Part shown: piece by piece, positions 1 to 9,796 of the stretch
Layout: each line of letters starts with the position of its first letter
How positions within the stretch are numbered: position 1 is the first letter of the stretch
Assembly (NCBI GenBank): GCA_039714535.1
Contig: JBDLJC010000006.1
Location: forward strand, 18,925-82,924
DNA length: 64,000 nucleotides
Source of the DNA: Thermodesulfobacteriota bacterium
GTDB lineage: Bacteria; Desulfobacterota; Desulfobulbia; Desulfobulbales; JAGXFP01
Direction of reading: 5' to 3'
Program-made: the position numbers and the translations under genes
Notes under the pieces: model-generated
The model's input: the letters and a program-made list of their open reading frames with translations, nothing else
What the model was told of the DNA's origin: nothing
The model's database searches: none

Positions 1-113
1 TTACCCGCCGAATCGATTAGCAGAGCCGTCTTGACCCCGGCGTTGATCAGGTTGTTGACGATTAGACTCCCGGCTTTTTCTTGGGATTGGGCGGTAATTA
101 CAAAGTCTGCCAC
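1..113 (-). CDS. Roadblock/LC7 (MglB-like) protein, N-terminal part only; runs off the window start
   Basis: Minus-strand GTG at 113-111 with a GAGGAG Shine-Dalgarno 6 nt upstream. Reads MADFVITAQSQEKAGSLIVNNLINAGVKTALLIDSAG, where ALLIDxxG resembles Roadblock/LC7. Not in the ORF track. Confidence 0.55.
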   Translation of the reverse strand, partial: MADFVITAQSQEKAGSLIVNNLINAGVKTALLIDSAG

Positions 114-459
114 TGATATCTCCTCAGTTAGTTTCAAAGGTGAAAAATATTTTTTCCAAAAAACTGACGCTAATTGCCGATGTTTGAAACTGTTGACATC
201 ATTGAAAAAACAATCCGGCCAGAGGGCTTTTATGTAACGTAACGTGTTATCTGATTTTGCAAAGCCTGCGGTGCTGCTTTTCGCAAATTCAGACGACTAA
301 AAACAACTTATGTAGACTACATTTTGAACTTCAAGAATTACCTATGTTAGTTGTATTTGTCAAGTGATATCAAAAAGGTATAACTCAAGGGTGAATAGTT
401 GTAAATGTAGTGGCAGTTAATGTTGTGGACCCCGGATTTTTCAAAAAACAGGAGGAGAT

Positions 460-2259
460 TTGGTTCAATCTATAAATCTAGCTGCTATCGATAACCATTT
501 CGGTGAGTTTGCATCCCGGTTGTCTGCGGGTGGTGGGGAAAATGTTTTTCTGGCGGCGGCTCTTGCCAGTATGGCGACAAGGGCTGGTCATGCCTGCTTG
601 GATTTGTCTGCTTGGGCGGCAGCTTCAGTTATTGCGGCTGATGGCAGCAGTTATAGCTGCCCGGAGTTGGCGCTTTGGTTGGCTGAACTCACGTCCAGTT
701 CCGCGATAGGCAGTGGCCATGATGTGACCCCGTTGGTGTTGGAAGATGATCGACTGTACCTTCGCCGTTACTGGGAGTATGAAGACGATGTCGCCAAATT
801 TGTAATCGCCCGGGGCCAGGCTCCCGCTGCGGAAGTGGCTATGGAGTTTCTTGGTGAGGCGATGGCGCGTCTGTTCCCAGCTCAAATAGCCGGTTGTGAC
901 TGGCAGCGTGTTGCGGCCCTGGCTGTTATTTTGCGGCCCTTTGTGGTGATTACCGGTGGACCGGGAACGGGTAAGACTACGACCGTGGCCCGGATTATTG
1001 CCTTGTTGATCGAACAGCAGTACGGCAATGAAAATATCAGGATAGCCCTGGCTGCCCCCACTGGTAAAGCAGTGATGAGACTCCAAGGGGTTATGGCCGG
1101 CATCAAAAAAACCCTGAACTGTTCAGAGCGGATTAGGGCGCGCATTCCGACCAAGGTTACAACCTTGCATCGCCTTCTCGGTTCCTGCAAAGATTCGCCC
1201 TTTTTTACGCATGACGCCAAAAATAAGCTGCCCTATGATTTGGTGGTTGTTGATGAGGCCTCGATGGTGGATTTGCCGCTGATGGCCAAGTTGATGCGGG
1301 CCCTTCGCCCTGAAACCAAGCTGGTCCTCCTCGGCGATCGCAATCAGCTTGCCTCGGTTGAGCCCGGTGCGGTGCTTGGTGACATCTGCGGCCAGGAAGC
1401 AGTGGTGAGGTTTTCCACGGAATTTCTGGCCAGGGCCTCAGCGGTTACCAGTGTGGACGGTCTTGCGGTCGGGGAAGACGGCCAAGCCGATTCGTTGGTG
1501 GAACTGCAAGTCAGCCACCGCTTTGGTGTGGATAGCGGGATTGACCTGGTTGGTCAGGCGATTAACCGGGGGAATGGTGGTGCTGCTCTGGAGATTTTTC
1601 GGGATGATAATTATCCTGATGTGGTGTGGCGGGATATCGGCAGCGGTGAGCAACTGCGCCGGGAGTTGGCTGGTCGATTTAACGATTGCCCTCCCGGCTG
1701 GTTTGGTATTGATGACCCGGCGCAAGTCTTGCAAAGTTTAGGTTCCTTCCAGGTGTTATGTGCAGTGCGTCAGAGTGCTTTCGGGATTAACCAGATTAAT
1801 GGCTATATTGAGGAAGCTCTGGCGGAGAAATGGGGAGTGGTGTCGGGGGCAGGTTATCACGGGCGGCCGGTGCTGGTTGTCGCTAACAACTATGAATTGC
1901 AGCTCTTTAACGGTGATACCGGGATTATTTTGGCCGATCCGGCCAAAGAGGGCGTACTGCAGGCCTTTTTCCCCGCCGGAGAAAAAGAGCTGCGGAAAAT
2001 CCCTCTGGCGCTGTTGCCTGGCCATGAAACCGCCTATGCCATGACCGTGCACAAGAGTCAGGGTTCCGAGTTTGACGAGGTTGTCATAATCCTGCCGGAT
2101 TGGCAGTCGGCGGTGCTTTCTCGAGAACTGCTTTACACTGCTTTGACCAGGGCCAGGCAAAGGGTGGAGGTGTGGGGTAGCGCCGAAATCTTTAAGGGGA
2201 CGGTTAAGGCGGTGATTAGCCGCCATGGCGGGCTTCGAGATAAACTCCGAGTGCTCTGA
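460..2259 (+). CDS. recD: Exodeoxyribonuclease V alpha subunit (RecD helicase)
   Basis: TTG start after GGAGGAG. Walker A GGPGTGKTT, LAAPTGKA, VVVDEASM, LGDRNQL, YAMTVHKSQGSEF, LYTALTRAR. N-terminus of the RecBCD-type RecD. Confidence 0.93.
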   Translation: MVQSINLAAIDNHFGEFASRLSAGGGENVFLAAALASMATRAGHACLDLSAWAAASVIAADGSSYSCPELALWLAELTSSSAIGSGHDVTPLVLEDDRLYLRRYWEYEDDVAKFVIARGQAPAAEVAMEFLGEAMARLFPAQIAGCDWQRVAALAVILRPFVVITGGPGTGKTTTVARIIALLIEQQYGNENIRIALAAPTGKAVMRLQGVMAGIKKTLNCSERIRARIPTKVTTLHRLLGSCKDSPFFTHDAKNKLPYDLVVVDEASMVDLPLMAKLMRALRPETKLVLLGDRNQLASVEPGAVLGDICGQEAVVRFSTEFLARASAVTSVDGLAVGEDGQADSLVELQVSHRFGVDSGIDLVGQAINRGNGGAALEIFRDDNYPDVVWRDIGSGEQLRRELAGRFNDCPPGWFGIDDPAQVLQSLGSFQVLCAVRQSAFGINQINGYIEEALAEKWGVVSGAGYHGRPVLVVANNYELQLFNGDTGIILADPAKEGVLQAFFPAGEKELRKIPLALLPGHETAYAMTVHKSQGSEFDEVVIILPDWQSAVLSRELLYTALTRARQRVEVWGSAEIFKGTVKAVISRHGGLRDKLRVL

Positions 2260-2443
2260 GTTGCATCGCCTGGCTGATCTTTATTCTTGATTGAGCCCGA
2301 TAATTATGATAGCTTGTCGAGTTGATCATTCGTATGAGAAAGTGAAATAAGGTTTCTTGCCGCTTATCAATCAGGGCCAAATCTGGTTCGTTTTCGCGTT
2401 TTACATGGGGCATGGCCTGCATAATCAAGAAAGAGGTGTTCGT

Positions 2444-3886
2444 TTGAAAAAGAAGATCTTAGTGGCAAATCGTGGTGAGATTGCCCTCCGTATAATCCGT
2501 GCAATTCAGGAGTTGGGTCATTCTGCCGTGGCGGTTTATGAAACTCCGGATAATGACGCACTCCATATTCGGGTCGCTGATGAGGCTGTCTGGCTTGGCG
2601 ACGGCCCCCGGGCAGACTACCTCAGTATTGAAAAGGTCGTAAATGCGGCTCGCAAAGTTGGCGCCGACGCCATTCATCCCGGCTACGGTTTCCTTGCCGA
2701 GAATCCTGATTTCGCCAAGGCCTGTGAGGAGGCGGGGATCATTTTCATCGGGCCTTCTTCTGAGGTAATCGGTAATCTTGGCGACAAGGTAATGGCCCGG
2801 AAGATCATGGCTGATGCCAAGATCCCCATGGTGCCCGGCACCCAGAATCTCAAGGCGGGCGATGAGGGTGTTGAGGAGGCGGTGGCCTTTGGCGCTAAAT
2901 ACGGCTATCCGGTCATGCTTAAGGCCACTGCCGGCGGCGGCGGGCGCGGTATTCGCCGGGTAGAGGATGAGGCGCAGCTCCGGGAAGAAGTCCATGTTGC
3001 CCGGGCGGAAGCGCTGGCCGCTTTTAATAGTGATAATGTCTATCTGGAGAAGGTGGTACTTACCCCCAAGCATGTCGAAGTGCAGATCCTGGCCGATGCC
3101 AAGGGTAATACCGTCCACTTGGGCTCCCGGGATTGTTCGATCCAGCGCCGTAACCAGAAACTGGTCGAGATCGCGCCTTCCCTGATCAAAGACCAGGGTC
3201 TGGTTGACGAAATTTGCGATACCGCGGTCAGGGCGGCCAAGGCGGCCAACTATTTCAATGCCGGCACCGTTGAGTTTCTGATCGATAAGGACATGAACTA
3301 CTACTTCATGGAGATTAACACCCGGGTCCAGGTTGAGCATACGGTCTCCGAGATGGTTACCGGAATTGATATCGTCAGGACCCAGATCAAGCTTGCCCTC
3401 GGCAAGGACCTTGCCTTCACGCAGGAAGATGTGCAGATCAGGGGCTATGCCATAGAGGTCCGGGTTAACGCCGAAGATCCCCAGAACAACTTCATGCCGG
3501 AAGGCGGCAAGAAAGTGTCGGTCTATCGTTCGCCGGGCGGGTACGGGGTGCGGCTTGACGGTTTTGTCTACCAGGGCTACACCATTCCGGAGGATTACGA
3601 CTCGCTGCTGGTCAAGCTCACCGTTTTCGGGTTCAGCTGGAGCGAGACGGTTGATCGTTTGCGCCGTTGTCTCGACAACTATGTTATTACCGGCCCCAAG
3701 ACTACCATCCCCTATTACCTTAATGTGGTTAATGATCCTGATTTTCAATCCGGTGATTTCGATACCTCTTTCATTGAAACCCATCCGCATTTGACTGAGT
3801 ATGAGGAACAGGGCTCCGAGGTCAATAAGCTGGCCCGGTTGATAGCCGAGATTCATTATGAGCAGGAAAATAAATACGCTATCTAG
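2444..3886 (+). CDS. pycA: Pyruvate carboxylase subunit A (biotin carboxylase)
   Basis: KKILVANRGEIA, HPGYGFLAEN, GGGGRG, RDCSIQRRNQK, FMEINTRVQVEH. The likely start is TTG at 2444 after AGAGG; the ORF track begins at 2357. Confidence 0.88.
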   Translation: MKKKILVANRGEIALRIIRAIQELGHSAVAVYETPDNDALHIRVADEAVWLGDGPRADYLSIEKVVNAARKVGADAIHPGYGFLAENPDFAKACEEAGIIFIGPSSEVIGNLGDKVMARKIMADAKIPMVPGTQNLKAGDEGVEEAVAFGAKYGYPVMLKATAGGGGRGIRRVEDEAQLREEVHVARAEALAAFNSDNVYLEKVVLTPKHVEVQILADAKGNTVHLGSRDCSIQRRNQKLVEIAPSLIKDQGLVDEICDTAVRAAKAANYFNAGTVEFLIDKDMNYYFMEINTRVQVEHTVSEMVTGIDIVRTQIKLALGKDLAFTQEDVQIRGYAIEVRVNAEDPQNNFMPEGGKKVSVYRSPGGYGVRLDGFVYQGYTIPEDYDSLLVKLTVFGFSWSETVDRLRRCLDNYVITGPKTTIPYYLNVVNDPDFQSGDFDTSFIETHPHLTEYEEQGSEVNKLARLIAEIHYEQENKYAI

Positions 3887-3943
3887 AGAAATTTAAGCCG
3901 TGCCGATAAATCGCGACGGTAATTAAAGATATTAGGAGTTAGC

Positions 3944-5854
3944 ATGGAAAGAATAGTCCCTGGGATGAGTATTACCGAAGTTCTCAAAAATATGAGGGGA
4001 ACAGAAGGATACTACATTACCAATACCGCCCGAGACCTGTCACAGTCTGATTTTAAGAACAGGATTCTTCTGCATACCGACCTGCTGGCTGCCCCGTCAA
4101 GGGAACAGGCCAATTTCTTTTCGCTGGAGATCACCGGCGGCGCTTCGGTGCATGTCGACATCCTCCGCAAGCAGGTTGATCCTTTTCTGAAACTGGAACT
4201 GCTCAGGGAAAAGATGCCCAATACCATGTTCCAGACCCTCTGTCGCGGGGTCAACCTGTTCGGTTATCGGCCCTACCCGCAGAACGTTATCCGTCTTACG
4301 GTCAAGGAGTTCGCCAAGTATGTTGATGTCTGGCGGGTTTTTGACTTTATGAACCATATCCCCAATATGCTGGCGGTCTTCGAAGAAGTTCAGAAAGCCG
4401 GTAAGATCCTGGAGCCGTGTATCTGTTTTTCAACCGGCCCGGAGCACACCGATGAGTTCTATGTCAAGAAAGTTGGTGAGATTCTTGATGTAACCGGAGA
4501 AGAGATTCTGCTCTGTATTAAAAATCATGGCGGTTTGGGCACCCCCAAAAGAATCGGCCAGTTGGTCGCCGCCATTAAAGACAAATATCCAGATATGATG
4601 ATTCATTACCATGGCCATAATACCGATGGTAACGATGTTGGTCGTATTACGGCGGCGGTGAAGAACGGGGCCAAGATTGTCGATGCCGCCGATCATGTCT
4701 TCACCGGCTATTACGGCCCGCCGCCGATCCTTTCAGTTATCCATGACTTGAAAGACGAAGGTTTCGAGCCTGCTGGTATTGATGAGTCGGCAATTATCGA
4801 GACTTCGGAGGTGCTCAGAAATGAGCGTGAGCATTACGAATATTTTGAATCGCAGTTCAAGGGTTTCTCACCGACCGTTCAGATCCATAAACTGCCGGGT
4901 GGGGCGATGGGCAGCAGCTTCGAGCAGGCCGTTAAGGGTGACTTCCTTGACAAGATGCCGGCCATCCTCCACGACGAGCTGCCCAAGGTCCAGAAAGAAC
5001 TGGGCAACTACTGGAGCGTTACCCCGGGATCGCAGATCCTCTGGACAACGGCGGTAAATAATGTCCTCGGTGGTGAACGCTATGGCAGCAACTCTACCGG
5101 TGATCTGAAAAACCTGTTGCTGGGCAAATATGGACCGTTTCCGTTCTATCAGCCAGCCGATTGGATCTACGAAAAGATCTTCGGTGCTGATTGGAAAAAG
5201 ATTCTCGAAGAGGAAGGTGGTCTTGACGAGATCGAGGATATGGATATCGAGAAGGAGCGGGCGGCACTGGCCAAACGGCTAGGCTACGAACCGACCGAGC
5301 AGCAGTTGGTCACCTACCTGCAGCATCCCAATGATGCGGCCGAGTTCTTCAAGTTTGAAGAAAAATTCGGTAAAGTCTATGTCCTGCCGCCATCGATCTT
5401 TCTGCGGCGGGGCGGTTATAAGCTGGGCGAGACTCTCCAGTTCAAGGACCATAACGGTAAAGAGCATGTTATCGAGATTGGTCCCAAGGAGAAGAGTGAA
5501 GATGGTGAGTGGAAGGTCTTTTTAAATGTTGACCACCATGAACGCGAGTATTCTTTCACCGAAGTTGTCCAGGGTTCCGTTGCCCAGGAGGCCCAACTGA
5601 GTAAGGAAGAGGTCGAGGACCTGGCCACGGCTGGAGACATCCGGGCGCCTTTTAAGGCCAATGTCAGCGAGATCAGTGTCGAGGAAGGCCAGGAAGTCAA
5701 GGTCGGTGATCGGCTCGCCATTGTTGAGGCCATGAAGATGCAGACCCCGGTTGACAGTGTTGTCGACGGCAAGGTTGTAAAGATAGTTGCCGAGCTTGGT
5801 CAGGCCCTTAATATCGGTGATAAGATGATCAAGATCAAGGTTAGTGAGGACTAG
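3944..5854 (+). CDS. pycB: Pyruvate carboxylase subunit B (carboxyltransferase plus biotin carrier)
   Basis: RDLSQS, HYHGHNT and IHKLPGG motifs; C-terminal biotinyl motif EAMKM; directly follows the biotin carboxylase. Confidence 0.85.
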   Translation: MERIVPGMSITEVLKNMRGTEGYYITNTARDLSQSDFKNRILLHTDLLAAPSREQANFFSLEITGGASVHVDILRKQVDPFLKLELLREKMPNTMFQTLCRGVNLFGYRPYPQNVIRLTVKEFAKYVDVWRVFDFMNHIPNMLAVFEEVQKAGKILEPCICFSTGPEHTDEFYVKKVGEILDVTGEEILLCIKNHGGLGTPKRIGQLVAAIKDKYPDMMIHYHGHNTDGNDVGRITAAVKNGAKIVDAADHVFTGYYGPPPILSVIHDLKDEGFEPAGIDESAIIETSEVLRNEREHYEYFESQFKGFSPTVQIHKLPGGAMGSSFEQAVKGDFLDKMPAILHDELPKVQKELGNYWSVTPGSQILWTTAVNNVLGGERYGSNSTGDLKNLLLGKYGPFPFYQPADWIYEKIFGADWKKILEEEGGLDEIEDMDIEKERAALAKRLGYEPTEQQLVTYLQHPNDAAEFFKFEEKFGKVYVLPPSIFLRRGGYKLGETLQFKDHNGKEHVIEIGPKEKSEDGEWKVFLNVDHHEREYSFTEVVQGSVAQEAQLSKEEVEDLATAGDIRAPFKANVSEISVEEGQEVKVGDRLAIVEAMKMQTPVDSVVDGKVVKIVAELGQALNIGDKMIKIKVSED

Positions 5855-5891
5855 GTTGTTAACTCAACACTGAACCGACTCTACAAGTGGT

Positions 5892-5923
5892 AAAAAAGGG
5901 CTTCCTTCGGGAAGCCCTTTTTT
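5892..5923. terminator. Bidirectional-looking Rho-independent terminator after pycB
   Basis: AAAAAAGGGCTTCC-TTCG-GGAAGCCCTTTTTT: perfect stem, TTCG loop, A and T tails. Confidence 0.9.
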
Positions 5924-6240
5924 CATGTAAAGGGAGACTGATTTAGGAGGCCTGTTTGCGCAGGCTTTAAATTAAAGATAATCAGACATAAATCTTGGTT
6001 TATTTTTGATGTCAAAAGGATATCTTTAACGAACTCGGTTAAACTTCTTTGGAAACGTCTTGACTAGTAATTAAGTAAGGTGTCCCCGGAACTCCAGAAC
6101 TCTAAGATAAATTAATGTCCCCGGAATTGTAAGTTAGGAAATTTGAATGGGCCTGAAGCATCCTAAAAGAAGAGCCAGGCAAAGATCCCTTGCTCTCCAT
6201 GGTTGACAATAGTTAAATATCGGAGGTCCGAAATTTTCAA

Positions 6241-6996
6241 ATGATCTCAAATAAAGACAAAAAACTACTCTTGAAAATGCTGGACATGGCCACAGATCCA
6301 GATGAGGCCCTGTCCTTTGATGAACTGCTTGGATTTCTGTTTGGGGTGGCCATCACCCCGGATATGATAATGCCCAGTGAATGGCTGCCCATGGTATTCG
6401 GGGAAGAGATGTTCACCATTGATACCGAAGAAGAGGGGCAGCAACTTCTTAATGAGCTGTTGGGGGTCGTAAATGATCTCGCTGCCCGCTTTCAGGAGGA
6501 TAGACTTCGCTTTCCGTTTGATATTGCAAAACTCAAGGATGAGGATGACCTGCAGCCGATTCAGGCTTGGGCTTTCGGGTTTGATCAAGCTCTTATGCTT
6601 CGCCCTGAATGCTGGCTAGAAGAAGATTTACCAGAGCTCCCCACCGAAGAGCAGCAAGACCTTGTGGTGAGTGTATCGGTAATTAATGCGTTAGCCGATC
6701 CGTTGGAAGCCGAGAAATTTTTTGAGACGTTCTGTGAAGGTGAGAGCGAAGATGAAGATCCTCTTCAGCTAATAGCCTCTCTTTTCATGATGCTGCCCAG
6801 GGCGGTCGAAACACTCTTGGCCCATGCCTCCAAACTCGAAGAAGAGCGGCGGGCAAAAATCAGCAGCTACAGACCAGCTCTGCCGCAGACTCGGACCACT
6901 CCTAAAATCGGCCGGAACGAACCATGTCCCTGCGGCAGTGGTAAAAAATTCAAAAAATGTTGTCTGTTGGATAAGAAGATTGTGCCAATTCGCTAA
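6241..6996 (+). CDS. YecA/UPF0149-family protein with C-terminal SEC-C zinc motif
   Basis: [28 protein letters not shown]-terminus, WAFGF, C-terminal [20 protein letters not shown]. Confidence 0.8.
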   Translation: MISNKDKKLLLKMLDMATDPDEALSFDELLGFLFGVAITPDMIMPSEWLPMVFGEEMFTIDTEEEGQQLLNELLGVVNDLAARFQEDRLRFPFDIAKLKDEDDLQPIQAWAFGFDQALMLRPECWLEEDLPELPTEEQQDLVVSVSVINALADPLEAEKFFETFCEGESEDEDPLQLIASLFMMLPRAVETLLAHASKLEEERRAKISSYRPALPQTRTTPKIGRNEPCPCGSGKKFKKCCLLDKKIVPIR

Positions 6997-7091
6997 GGTG
7001 TTTTTTTGATATGTTTGGCTGTAATTAAATAGAGGATTCCCAGGATTAGGCTGATCATTATTTTGCTGGCTCGAGGGGAAATGAATGAACC

Positions 7092-7704
7092 ATGATTATG
7101 AAAAAAGAAAAATCCAAAGAAATTTCTGAACTTGTCGAGTCTTTCTGTAAGCAGTATCTCAATGGAGAACTTGCTGCTTGTTCTGTAAGACTATGTGACA
7201 AGTTAAGCCGTAGCCGTAAACTTGATATCACCAGAGGTAAAAAAAATCTGGGCTGCATCAATAGTGTATGTGATCGCCGGGCTTAATTTTCTTTTTGATA
7301 AAGCTAGTAACAATTTTCTTACTTCTGACCTAATTTGTGATTTCTTCGGCACGAAAAAGACTACTACCGGCAATAAAGCGACATCCATTGAAAAAACTTT
7401 TAATATTGGCATTGGAGACGAGAATTATTGTACCCGAGAAATAATCGAATCTTTTTCTTTTGTAGTGGTGCCTGGCGGTTTTATTGTGCCTGAAAAGGTG
7501 GCTTATGAGATAGGAATTGCGAATGAGGAAGAATCTCAAGCAATAGACGAATTTATGGCCGAAAAAAAGCGGCAAGAAGAAGACGCCGCGCAAGCCAGGA
7601 AGGCACGTCGTGCTGAAATAAATCGTGAAATTGCTGAGAAAAAACGAAAGAAGAAGGAAGCGGAACAAGCGGAGATAAGTGTTCGGCAGCATAAGCTTTG
7701 GTGA
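7092..7704 (+). pseudogene. DUF6398-like protein split by a frameshift in an A8 run
   Basis: ORF 7092-7286 (...LSRSRKLDITRGKK) continues in another frame as KKIWAASIVYVIAGLNFLFD... (7222-7704). The junction is the A8 run at 7239-7246. Confidence 0.55.
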
Positions 7705-7860
7705 TCCATATAATATGAAAAAATCATGTGTCGGCAAGCCCCGTAGTACGATGCAGGAATTCTGAAAACAGGTGGATAATTATAAGGAATTACATACCAA
7801 TTTATTTCCAACATGAGTCAAATGGGATTTCCCCCTTTTTTTACCGCAGCGGGAGTGATA

Positions 7861-8211
7861 ATGGATTTTCATTCAGAAATAGAGGAAGACGGCTATCATA
7901 TATTCAGTATCGAAAAAGCAAAGATCACAGGATTTTATCCTAATCGGTTTCCAGATTATCCTGGGGTCAAACTCACTGAACTGTCAATTGGTGACCGGAT
8001 CACTATAAGGGCCTTTTTCCCTGTTGGCCCAGGTGAACCCATCCAAATTGATGGTGGTTATATCGACTTGGAAATCGAACATGTAGATTCCGACCATGTA
8101 TTTGGGGAGATCCAAACAGAATTGCCAAAAGAGTTTGCTTTAAGTAATGGAGACTCCTTGGAAATCAGGGAAGATGAGATTTTGTATAAGGTCGAACAGC
8201 AGGAGCATTAA
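7861..8211 (+). CDS. Hypothetical acidic protein (about 116 aa)
   Basis: ATG at 7861 after GGGAG; protein-like composition; no motif recognised. The ORF track starts at 7813. Confidence 0.6.
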   Translation: MDFHSEIEEDGYHIFSIEKAKITGFYPNRFPDYPGVKLTELSIGDRITIRAFFPVGPGEPIQIDGGYIDLEIEHVDSDHVFGEIQTELPKEFALSNGDSLEIREDEILYKVEQQEH

Positions 8212-8314
8212 AGGGACATTGTTTGGGATTTTTTTTACCTGATCTGAAAGTTCACATATCTCCCTGTAAACTTGTTTTAAACATTAAAATATAACGCGCA
8301 GGAAAGTCTAAATA

Positions 8315-9796
8315 ATGATAACCGGAGAGTTAAAGAGCCAGGTTGATAAAATCTGGGAATCATTCTGGACCGGGGGGATCAGTAACCCGCTCACTGTGAT
8401 TGAGCAGTTTACCTATCTGCTCTTTATCCGCAGACTGGATGAGATTCAGCTGCTGGCAGAGAAGAAGGCCAACCTGATCGATTCCGCGATTAAGGACCCG
8501 GTCTTTACCGCCGAGCAGAAGGATCTGCGCTGGAATGTCTTTAAGAACAAAGATCCCGAGACCATGTTCAACCTCTTCACCAAGCCGCAAAGAGATATCC
8601 CTACCGTATTTGACCACATGAAGGAGTTAAATGGCCGGGCCGGGGCCTTTTCCCAATATATGAAGGGCGCCACCTTTATGATTCCGACCCCCCGCCTGCT
8701 GGATATGGTGGTGCAGATGATCGACAAGATCAAGATGGATGATCGGGACACCAAGGGCGATCTCTATGAATATCTGCTCTCTAAAATCGCCACCGCCGGC
8801 ACCAATGGCCAGTTCCGCACCCCGCGCCATATCATCCGGATGATGGTCGATATGGTCGAGCCGAAAAGTGATGATACCATCTGTGATCCGGCCTGCGGTA
8901 CGGCCGGTTTTATGGTCGGCAGTGGTCAATATCTGCACGATAACCATCCTGACTGGTTCTACGAGAAGGAGTTTAGAGACCACTTCAACTCGAAGATGTT
9001 CACCGGTATCGAGTTTGACAGCACCATGCTGCGGATCGGTGCCATGAACCTGCAGCTCCACGGCATCGACAACCCGCATCTGATCGGCAAGGACTCGTTA
9101 AGTGAGAGTAACGGTGATCTCCGGGAGCGATACAGTCTGATTCTGGCCAATCCCCCATTTAAGGGAAGTCTCGATTATGACAGTGTTGAAAGCTCGATCC
9201 TGAAGACGGTCAAGACCAAGAAGACCGAGCTGCTCTTTTTAGGCCTGATCCTGCGGATGTTAAAGACCGGCGGCCGCTGTGCGGTGATTATTCCGGACGG
9301 GGTTCTTTTTGGTTCTTCCAAGGCCCATAAACAGATCCGCCGGGAGATCATCGAAGGCCATAAACTGGAGGCGGTGATCTCGATGCCGAGCGGGGTGTTC
9401 AAACCCTACGCCGGGGTGAGTACGGCGGTTCTGGTCTTCACCAAGACCAACAGCGGTGGCATCGACCAGGTCTGGTTCTATGATATGAAGGCGGATGGCT
9501 ACAGCCTTGATGATAAGCGGACCAGGATCAAAGACAACGACCTGTCTGATATTGTCGCCCGGTTCAAGAATCGTAAGCAGGAGAGTAACCGGGCCCGGAC
9601 CGAGCAGAGTTTTCTGGTGCCCTTTGGTGAGATCAAGGAGAACGACTGGGACCTGAGCATCAACCGCTACAAGGAAATTGTCTATGAAGAGGTTGAATAT
9701 GCGCCACCGGCGGAGATCATTGCTGATATTGAACAGCTGGATGGTGAGAGGGCTGAGGCCTTGCTGGTGTTAAAGGGGTTGTTGGGATGGAAATGA
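8315..9796 (+). CDS. hsdM: Type I restriction-modification methyltransferase subunit (m6A)
   Basis: [18 protein letters not shown] (motif I), LANPPF (motif IV); N-terminus [21 protein letters not shown]. Confidence 0.95.
   Translation: MITGELKSQVDKIWESFWTGGISNPLTVIEQFTYLLFIRRLDEIQLLAEKKANLIDSAIKDPVFTAEQKDLRWNVFKNKDPETMFNLFTKPQRDIPTVFDHMKELNGRAGAFSQYMKGATFMIPTPRLLDMVVQMIDKIKMDDRDTKGDLYEYLLSKIATAGTNGQFRTPRHIIRMMVDMVEPKSDDTICDPACGTAGFMVGSGQYLHDNHPDWFYEKEFRDHFNSKMFTGIEFDSTMLRIGAMNLQLHGIDNPHLIGKDSLSESNGDLRERYSLILANPPFKGSLDYDSVESSILKTVKTKKTELLFLGLILRMLKTGGRCAVIIPDGVLFGSSKAHKQIRREIIEGHKLEAVISMPSGVFKPYAGVSTAVLVFTKTNSGGIDQVWFYDMKADGYSLDDKRTRIKDNDLSDIVARFKNRKQESNRARTEQSFLVPFGEIKENDWDLSINRYKEIVYEEVEYAPPAEIIADIEQLDGERAEALLVLKGLLGWK

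Noticed and set aside
2459-3856. 465 aa antisense ORF opposite pycA
   Set aside because: Shadow ORF of a GC-rich, strongly biased gene; no motifs.
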